The notes beneath the pieces are model-generated. The model was not told the DNA's origin, did not search any database, and saw only the letters and a program-made list of their open reading frames with translations. This document shows positions 57,034-64,000 of a stretch of DNA of 64,000 nucleotides, one piece after another; position 1 is the stretch's first letter, and the number at the start of each line of letters is the position of its first letter. Origin of the DNA: Bdellovibrionales bacterium. GTDB taxonomy: Bacteria > Bdellovibrionota > Bdellovibrionia > Bdellovibrionales > UBA1609. A program made the translations under genes and the position numbers. Location: contig JAWLHR010000001.1 of the NCBI GenBank assembly GCA_041690295.1, positions 256,001 to 320,000 on the forward strand, read 5' to 3'.

Positions 57034-58653
57034 CTAACGGCAGCCGATAAGTTCGCCCAGGCGGCACTTTATTGTCATTCGTTCAGTTATGCGTTTCCAA
57101 ATGTCCGTGTGCTGACTGTTGATCTGGGCGGCGACATAGGGCCGGGACCCTCCTAGCCGTCTTCGGCGCGGATCGCGGGATCCGCCTGGCAAGAATCTTC
57201 GTAAATCCAAACTATTTGCATCCCCCGCCACCGCACGACGAGTCCCTCGCTGATCCGCACCCAAATCATCAACCGATAAAGAGCCGACGGATGGGCTTTG
57301 CGCTCCGGACGGTGAGGCTCCTTGAAAGCCTTTTAAGACATCGGTCGTATACCCCGGCACGCCGAATGAGCCGGTTGTACGTCCGCCGCCACCACCAACA
57401 CCGGCCTGCACCACTTGCGCGCCCGTACCAGGGATCGCGCCGCCGGTGTTATTGCTCACCGGATTCACCTTGTTTCTACCGTTGGTTTTGTCGGCACCGT
57501 CCTTGGCGACGTTGAACTGTGTCTTCGGTTTGTCGCCGGTATCAGGAAGATTGAATGAAACATCTCGCGCGGAACGGGTTCCAGTTTGAAATCCCGCGTG
57601 TCCCTTGACTGGTTGGTTCGCTTCCTTAATGGCGACTTGGGCTCGCGAATCAATAACCGGTCCCATGTAGACGGGGTTCGATCGCGTCGGAGAAACACTC
57701 CCGCCGCCAGGCGCTCCACCACTGGTTCCAGGATTCGGCGCCGCCGCGGTCGATTGCGTACAGTAAGTGGCATAAGCGGCGTTATATCCCGTGGACACGC
57801 CCGACATCGCCGCGTAATTGGCTCTCGATCCGTAATCAGCGCAGGCGTCAGCAAGAACATAAAGTTTGATCGCGGTTTCATCACCCTCGTAATAATTCTC
57901 GGCTAAAGCTTCACAAGTCGCCCGACAGGTACTTTGCGCAACCGCGCAAGAAGCGGCGTAGGCCATATTCGTTCGACCAGCCAGATCGGTGAGCTGGTCC
58001 ATGCGCCGGCAATATTCGTTAAGGCCCATTCCGTTTTGATCCGGAGATGTGCTTGAGAGTCTTCGAAGCTCATTCATGTCGGCTGAACTTGCTCCTGAGG
58101 CCATGCAAGCATTAAAGGCGTTCGATTCCAATCGCCGACACGACATCAGATCCGCTTCCGGATCAGCTGCGGTTGCCGATGGGGATGGTAAATCCGTACT
58201 TGGTTTTTCAGCGACTTTAGAATCTTTTTTCTCTTCCTTGTCTTTATCCGCCGTTTTGTCTTTATCGGACGCCGGCTTTTTCTTGGGTACAGGAGGTTTT
58301 TTATCCGGTGTCACCGGGTCGTCATCGGCGTCATTCCCTCCACCAGCGGTGTAAAGCGTGACTGGTTTATCCAAGCCGGCCTGCTTTCGGCATTTTTCGA
58401 CCGAGGATTCAGGCAACGGATAATTGGCATTGTCCTGTTCGCAATGTAAAGCCTCCGTCGTCTCCGGCGACCCGTCGTCGATCACTTTATCCGGGCCCTT
58501 TTCAGCCAAACTCCAACAGGCATCGGAAATTTTCCGTTGCATCTCGTCCCGCAAATTTTTGAGACATTGCAAATAGACTTGTTGAGCATCGGCGGCCCAG
58601 GCTGAAATTGGAAAAACCAGCGCGAACAAAAGCAAGAGCTTATGGGGGGTCAT
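57034..58653 (-). CDS. Secreted Cys-rich protein with Lys/Asp and Gly-rich low-complexity regions
   Basis: Signal peptide AWA; helical Cys-spaced segments. Confidence 0.75.
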   Translation of the reverse strand: MTPHKLLLLFALVFPISAWAADAQQVYLQCLKNLRDEMQRKISDACWSLAEKGPDKVIDDGSPETTEALHCEQDNANYPLPESSVEKCRKQAGLDKPVTLYTAGGGNDADDDPVTPDKKPPVPKKKPASDKDKTADKDKEEKKDSKVAEKPSTDLPSPSATAADPEADLMSCRRLESNAFNACMASGASSADMNELRRLSSTSPDQNGMGLNEYCRRMDQLTDLAGRTNMAYAASCAVAQSTCRATCEALAENYYEGDETAIKLYVLADACADYGSRANYAAMSGVSTGYNAAYATYCTQSTAAAPNPGTSGGAPGGGSVSPTRSNPVYMGPVIDSRAQVAIKEANQPVKGHAGFQTGTRSARDVSFNLPDTGDKPKTQFNVAKDGADKTNGRNKVNPVSNNTGGAIPGTGAQVVQAGVGGGGGRTTGSFGVPGYTTDVLKGFQGASPSGAQSPSVGSLSVDDLGADQRGTRRAVAGDANSLDLRRFLPGGSRDPRRRRLGGSRPYVAAQINSQHTDIWKRITERMTIKCRLGELIGCR

Positions 58654-58705
58654 ATTGTTCTATCTTAAGACAGCACTAATGAAACACCGCAAAAAATAAT
58701 GATGA

Positions 58706-58722
58706 TGTCTCAATTTGAGACA
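58706..58722. promoter_or_regulatory. Perfect palindrome TGTCTCA-ATT-TGAGACA, copy 5
   Basis: Perfect 7-bp arms, 53 nt upstream of the 58653 start. Confidence 0.6.
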
Positions 58723-58748
58723 AACAAAATTAGTTTTTCACGAGATCT

Positions 58749-59618
58749 TCATCGCCCGCTCAAGATATCGCGTTGGACACGGCCATCCATGCCGATTGAA
58801 ACACTCCAGGCGCCGGACGCCTCGTCATAGTGGTCGAAATGGGGAATAAGAGATCCACTACCTATTTGTATGGCCCTGACCTTCAGGGAACCCCGGCTAT
58901 CTCGAGTCAAGATCGGACCCCCTGAGGCTCCGCGGTTCGCATCGCAGTCGGTCCGATAAGAAGCGGTTCCGTCATGTGGCGAAAAATCCCTTTTTCGAAC
59001 CTGACACTCTTGAGCGATTGGCTCGTGTCCCCGGAAGACCTCTCGATTCATGCCCCTTTGAACATGAGTTAACATAATGACCGTCTCGCCTTCTTCGAGA
59101 TGATTGGAATCAAACTCAAAGGGCTTGGAACATTTTTTTATAGGAGACTCCAAGTCGAGGACGATGTAGTCGTTATAATGATCATTCATCAGATCTTTTT
59201 CGGCGACCTTCGCTTTGCTTAAGCGAAGTGGAATCTTTTCTCCGGCGTAATTGGCGAAATAACAGTTTTTAAAATCGGACCGGGGAGTATTGGTGTCATG
59301 ATTATAAAATGTGTGGCGCGCGGTGACGATTCGATCTGGTTTGTCCACGCTGAACCCCGTACTGTAAGTATGTCCTGGGCAGTGGACGTACCCCATGCAA
59401 GCCAAGGCTTGTCGGCGCTCTTGACGACTGAAACCTTTGATTTTTTTGGGCTTAAAATTCTGAATCTTGACCCGATCATCTTCACCGATCACCGAGACCA
59501 AATGGAACAAATGCGCATAGGGATTGATCCGCTGAGGCGCCGGGCAATTGGTCTTGGGGATAATGGCTTGAACGGGAGTCACAAAAATAATGCACAGTGA
59601 AACCAATAAGATCCGCAT
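58749..59618 (-). CDS. Secreted trypsin-like (S1) serine protease
   Basis: TARH, DYIVL and GASGGP triad motifs; signal peptide. Confidence 0.85.
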   Translation of the reverse strand: MRILLVSLCIIFVTPVQAIIPKTNCPAPQRINPYAHLFHLVSVIGEDDRVKIQNFKPKKIKGFSRQERRQALACMGYVHCPGHTYSTGFSVDKPDRIVTARHTFYNHDTNTPRSDFKNCYFANYAGEKIPLRLSKAKVAEKDLMNDHYNDYIVLDLESPIKKCSKPFEFDSNHLEEGETVIMLTHVQRGMNREVFRGHEPIAQECQVRKRDFSPHDGTASYRTDCDANRGASGGPILTRDSRGSLKVRAIQIGSGSLIPHFDHYDEASGAWSVSIGMDGRVQRDILSGR

Positions 59619-59749
59619 GAAACTAATGAGATAGCAGGAAATATGCCTGCCTATGAAGCAGCAGACCGGCTGGTCAGCTTGAATACACGGCCGACAATCA
59701 TGGGGTGACAATTTTGGGTAGTCGACCGGAATCAGGTTAGGCGCCCAGC

Positions 59750-60826
59750 TTAAATCGCACTATATATTCCAAGTTGAAAATAAGATTCGTCCTTGAAATG
59801 CTCTCTGAATTTTGAACGCCATTTTTCCGGCAAATTGAGACCCGTCATGATGAGATAGCTGGACCGCTCCCGCCCTATCGAATGAATTTGATCCAATAAT
59901 TCATCCAGGAGTCCAGATTTCACCGAATTGCCAACGAAATAAAAATCGGCGGCGGGAAGTTCAAACGCGGGATCATCCAGATCCTGGACCACCGATTTTA
60001 CAGTGGTCAAATCCAGCCGATCGCTCAATCGGTTGGCCACGCGAACTTTTTCCCGAACGAGATCGAATCCAGTGTACTTTAACTTGGGATGGGTGATTCC
60101 CCAAACCACGCCCGGCAATCCGTATCCGCTGCCGATATCGATGACATGTATGGGCCGCTCAGGAAACCATCGCTTAATCACCATAAGAAGTTCAATCGGC
60201 GTGTTGAGTTCCAGTCCAGTCATCATTGCCGACAATTCTCCCTTATAAATCCGCGAGTTCTTTTTCACAGCCTGTTCAACCGCTTCGATATCCACGCCCA
60301 ACAAATCCAGCACCACTTCGGTGAGGGCCAAAACTTTAAGGTCTCGGACATCCTCCATCACATTCGCGCGAGCGATGACCTTTAAAGACAGAATCGAATT
60401 CTCGAAAAAGACCCGGAGTGCCTCCTTCTGCTCCCTCGCGGGAAGAGATGTAAATCGCAGCGCGGTCTTTAACGGCTTCCTTGGCAAAACATAGTTATGC
60501 TTGAACGTAATCACCTCCCGATACATCTCGCTCCAGAATTTCGGATCATTGTGTCTTTCGGGTTCGCCGACGAAATGGGCCGGCGGAAAGTTATGTAGAA
60601 AATATTCACAGATGCGAATCGCGTCCCGAGGGAAAGCAACCGGTCTTTCTTCAGAAATGTCTCTTAATTTCTCAACTTGGAATTTGAGGTACTCATCGCT
60701 GAACCTGCGCTGCGCTCCATAGCTGAGGCGTTCAAGTGTCGCATCGTACAACCATTGGAAAGGCCCTTTCTTTTCCGCACCGAACGACGGCGAAAGCGCC
60801 AATGACAGGATTAGCCAAAGCCACAT
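59750..60826 (-). CDS. Class I SAM-dependent methyltransferase with apparent signal peptide
   Basis: VIDIGSGYG, TGFD motifs. Confidence 0.72.
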   Translation of the reverse strand: MWLWLILSLALSPSFGAEKKGPFQWLYDATLERLSYGAQRRFSDEYLKFQVEKLRDISEERPVAFPRDAIRICEYFLHNFPPAHFVGEPERHNDPKFWSEMYREVITFKHNYVLPRKPLKTALRFTSLPAREQKEALRVFFENSILSLKVIARANVMEDVRDLKVLALTEVVLDLLGVDIEAVEQAVKKNSRIYKGELSAMMTGLELNTPIELLMVIKRWFPERPIHVIDIGSGYGLPGVVWGITHPKLKYTGFDLVREKVRVANRLSDRLDLTTVKSVVQDLDDPAFELPAADFYFVGNSVKSGLLDELLDQIHSIGRERSSYLIMTGLNLPEKWRSKFREHFKDESYFQLGIYSAI

Positions 60827-61018
60827 GGTTTGCTTTTAGATTCAAAGTTCAAGCCACCGTGATCTAATCGGCCGTCCCTTCTCTCCCCAAATGAAAACAC
60901 GGCAACTCATTCTCGAATCTGACGGCGGGACAAAATACCCCAGCAACGCACCGTGAATCCATCGCCTATCGTGGAAGAGCAATTGCAAGGCAATTAGAAG
61001 TTACGATTTGGAGGGCCA

Positions 61019-61504
61019 ATGCAATCACAAGTGGAACGACTGGCCAACCTTATTCGCGGAATCGATAGCGTGATGTTCTCAGCTCTGGATGTGGACGGCA
61101 AAATTCAAAGCCGTCCGATGGTGTCCCAAGAGCGCGAATTTGATGGCCGCCTCTGGTTTTTTACTGAAATGGATACCGAGTCCATACGGACGGATGTAAA
61201 CGTCAACATAAGTTATATGGAGCCCGCGTCCAACCGGTATATCTCAGTGATGGGTCACGCCGAAATCATCAAGGACGAAAACATCAAACGTGAACTCTGG
61301 GATGAATCGACGGAACGATGGTTCCCGTACGGTTTACAGAACCCGGATTTGAATTTGATCTGCGTCGGAGTCACCCGTGCGGAATATTGGGATACGCCGA
61401 ACGCGCCTTCCGTCGAGACATTCGATTTCACCGGAGAAGGGTATCATCACCGGCCTTATTCACACGATTGTGAGAAGCCGAATCTTGATTCCCTTCAAAG
61501 CTGA
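61019..61504 (+). CDS. Pyridoxamine 5'-phosphate oxidase-like general stress protein
   Basis: SRPM, LWFFT, ELW...WFP...AEYWD. Confidence 0.85.
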   Translation: MQSQVERLANLIRGIDSVMFSALDVDGKIQSRPMVSQEREFDGRLWFFTEMDTESIRTDVNVNISYMEPASNRYISVMGHAEIIKDENIKRELWDESTERWFPYGLQNPDLNLICVGVTRAEYWDTPNAPSVETFDFTGEGYHHRPYSHDCEKPNLDSLQS

Positions 61505-62313
61505 CTTTCGTCATTCAAAAGCGCGCGAACCACATAGCCAGCCATCGCCAGGCCGAACGTGCCCGTGACAAAGCTGGCGGTCCCGTAAATTAAGTTTCGT
61601 TTTTCGCAAGAATGAAATTCGTTGGCGCCCTGGGGGCAAACACATTTGAAACCCAATCCTTTATCGTACTTCAATTCCACCGGATGAGTGGGCTCCTCGG
61701 AACTGAACACCGCCGGAATTCCGAAGTCCGTATCACTTGGAAAGCCGTATTTTCCACGCAGCACTTTTCGCACTTGCTGAAAAAGCGGATCCGTATGGGT
61801 TTTGGCCAGATCAGAAATTTGAATTTTCAATGGATCCATGCGACCGCCCGATCCGCCGGCCGAGATCACGCGAATCGAGTGCTCCTTGCAAGTGGCCAGC
61901 AAGTGACATTTCGCCGTGACGTTATCGATGGCGTCAACAATATAGTCCGGTCGGCTGGAAAGGAGTTCATCGGAGGATTCAAAATTGTAGAACTTGGTGA
62001 TCGCTTCGATTTTCGCGTTGGGATTTATTTTTTGCATCCGCTCGGCCAGCACCGGAGCTTTTTTCTTCCCCACCATTCCAGATAGGGCATGGAGCTGGCG
62101 ATTGGTGTTCGTGATACAGATATCATCGAAGTCGACCAGCGTAAGCCGGCCGACACCCGAGCGAGCAAGGCTCTCAGCGGTCCACGATCCCACACCCCCC
62201 AAACCGATAATCATCACATGGGAGTGAAAAAGTTTGGCCATATTGGCGTCACCGATCAATCGACCGATCCGGTCAAACCGCCGGTGAAGCGTGTACGTAT
62301 CCATTTCCAGCAT
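61495..62313 (-). CDS. tcdA: tRNA threonylcarbamoyladenosine dehydratase (ThiF family)
   Basis: GLGGVGSW, TNTNRQL, DAIDN, VFSSE, VTGTFGL. Confidence 0.88.
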   Translation of the reverse strand: MLEMDTYTLHRRFDRIGRLIGDANMAKLFHSHVMIIGLGGVGSWTAESLARSGVGRLTLVDFDDICITNTNRQLHALSGMVGKKKAPVLAERMQKINPNAKIEAITKFYNFESSDELLSSRPDYIVDAIDNVTAKCHLLATCKEHSIRVISAGGSGGRMDPLKIQISDLAKTHTDPLFQQVRKVLRGKYGFPSDTDFGIPAVFSSEEPTHPVELKYDKGLGFKCVCPQGANEFHSCEKRNLIYGTASFVTGTFGLAMAGYVVRALLNDESQL

Positions 62314-62323
62314 GGGGTTTTCA

Positions 62324-63100
62324 TTAAATGGAAATGCCCACTAAGTCAGCGAGATTTTGACGGGTCCGCGAAATGATTTCATTCCGTGGCTTTTGGTGGA
62401 TGTCCGCGATTCGCGAGGCAATCCGCCATATTGTGGAAGAATCATGAATTTCTTGCCCGGGGGGAGGCTGATCGGGGGCATCGGATTCAATGAGGAGGCG
62501 CTCCAGCGGAGCCGTACGCACGGCTTCCCTCAGTGGCTCGGCCTTATCGAACAGGATGGCGGCTCCAATGGAAAGGTGAAGGCCCAATTCTAGATATCGG
62601 CGGGCGTTTTCCCTCGACGAATTAAACGCATGAACCATGCCCTTGAGCGGCGCGAATTTGCGCAAGATCTGAATCGCCGGCTCGTGGGCCCGGACAATGT
62701 GTAATACGATCGGTTTATTCATTCTTTGAGCGACGGCCATTTGGCGTTCAAACCAGATCTCCTGGTGTTTGGGGCCGGACGCGAGATAAGGTCGACGGAA
62801 ATCTAAACCCATCTCACCCGCGAGCGCGGCGGCCGGAAGAAGTTTTTCCCATTGCAAAAAGGCTTTTTGCAAAACCGGGTTGTCTGAGTTCGCGACGAAA
62901 TAAGGGTGGAGGCCGAACGCGGACCAGAAACGACCTGGAAACCGGTCTCTCAATTGGAGTTGTCGACTCCATTCATCCGGGTCGACGCCGCCCAAAACAA
63001 ATCCACGGATCCCGCCCCGATCCATTTTCGCCAAATAAGCCGGCATCAGATCGAAACACCTCGGATCCGTTAAATGGCAATGAGCATCGATCGTCCACAT
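62324..63100 (-). CDS. tatD: TatD-family nuclease
   Basis: IDAHCHL, GLHP, GEMGLD, HAF, IESDAP. Confidence 0.88.
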   Translation of the reverse strand: MWTIDAHCHLTDPRCFDLMPAYLAKMDRGGIRGFVLGGVDPDEWSRQLQLRDRFPGRFWSAFGLHPYFVANSDNPVLQKAFLQWEKLLPAAALAGEMGLDFRRPYLASGPKHQEIWFERQMAVAQRMNKPIVLHIVRAHEPAIQILRKFAPLKGMVHAFNSSRENARRYLELGLHLSIGAAILFDKAEPLREAVRTAPLERLLIESDAPDQPPPGQEIHDSSTIWRIASRIADIHQKPRNEIISRTRQNLADLVGISI

Positions 63101-63195
63101 GGACCTATAAGATAACGATTGGGGCAAATGAGGCAAGATCACGGCCCTTGATTTTCGATCATTTTCTTGCTTGCCTTTACATAGGGAGCGGGGCC

Positions 63196-63978
63196 ATGAA
63201 AAGAATTCTATCTCACATCTTCAATCCCTCCCCTTCGCGCGTTGAAATTCCGCCGGAATTCTTTAGCGAAAAACGACGGCGGATCATCGACAAATACGAT
63301 ATCCCGCCGACAAAACTCGAAAAAGTTTTCTCCGATAAGGAATTGGAGGAAATAAAAAAGCTGGCCCTCGAAAACTCAACGCAAACCATTCGCCCCGGCT
63401 CAAAAAACTTCTGTGTGGATTGGAGTCATTTAAAGCCGATTGTACTGCCGAAATTTAAACCCTGGATGCCGAAGACTGGACGGGTCAATGAACAGCTGAA
63501 CGTGACAACGAATGCGTTTCGGCCACATACGGATATGGCGGTCGATCCAGGTCAGCCGAACGTCATTCAATTCATAGTGCCGGTGGACGCTTGGGGAAAA
63601 GACCGGCAAGCTTCGATCGTCTTTTTCAAGCAACGGTTTTTAGGCTCCCGCTTATCGCCTCTTTTTCAAAGACCCGAAGGCTCGGTTGAACGATGGCTTG
63701 AGAGTCGGAACCGTTATATCGAGGGCTATGAACCAAATCATAAAATTGACGAGTCCCTGCTGAAAGGTCCACTGGCGCATGTTGAGCCATTACTCTTATC
63801 CGGCCTTTCCGTTTCCGAAATCCTGACTTATGAGCCGGGTGACCTTATTGTGTTCGGCACCTCTCGTGTCCATTGCTCCGGCGATATGATGTTTCATGGG
63901 CTCTTTGCTAAGTTGTTCTTGCTACCCAGGATCCAGATCGGTCTGGATGAGCCTCAGTCACGCCCAGGTTCAGAGTAA
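63196..63978 (+). CDS. Putative Fe(II)/2-oxoglutarate dioxygenase-like protein
   Basis: PHTD (HxD) and GDLIVF...HCS distal His. Confidence 0.5.
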   Translation: MKRILSHIFNPSPSRVEIPPEFFSEKRRRIIDKYDIPPTKLEKVFSDKELEEIKKLALENSTQTIRPGSKNFCVDWSHLKPIVLPKFKPWMPKTGRVNEQLNVTTNAFRPHTDMAVDPGQPNVIQFIVPVDAWGKDRQASIVFFKQRFLGSRLSPLFQRPEGSVERWLESRNRYIEGYEPNHKIDESLLKGPLAHVEPLLLSGLSVSEILTYEPGDLIVFGTSRVHCSGDMMFHGLFAKLFLLPRIQIGLDEPQSRPGSE

Positions 63979-64000
63979 AATAAACAGGGTACCAATCAAA

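Overview
A 64-kb bacterial chromosomal segment, most likely Bdellovibrionota (inference from FQNC-type lipoprotein signals, many orphan secreted proteins and the gene content). The left half is mostly core genome: pepA end, gshA, paired ArsA/Get3 ATPases, tig, ftsEX-envC-ctpA, an Rrf2-sufBCDS-nfu operon, tolQRAB-glnE, motAB, mtgA and dusB. The right half is mostly accessory: secreted proteins and lipoproteins, a GH19 hydrolase with a possible immunity gene, a YHYH-MORN-SCO operon, a homospermidine-synthase-like gene, Hsp20, ADH, alkA, tRNA-Ser(CGA), tcdA and tatD. The most unusual locus is about 15.25-17.0 kb, an HNH endonuclease gene. Four copies of an AAGTCCCGGGAC(TT/CA)GTT motif lie there: two upstream, one inside the ORF and one inverted downstream. 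One upstream copy sits in the spacer of a sigma70-like promoter. A degenerate 33-34-nt tandem array of hairpin repeats runs across the stop codon. Separately, a TGTCTCA-N3-TGAGAC palindrome recurs about 40-60 nt upstream of five genes. I found no CRISPR-cas, rRNA, integrase or transposase genes. All calls come from reading motifs by eye; no searches were run.
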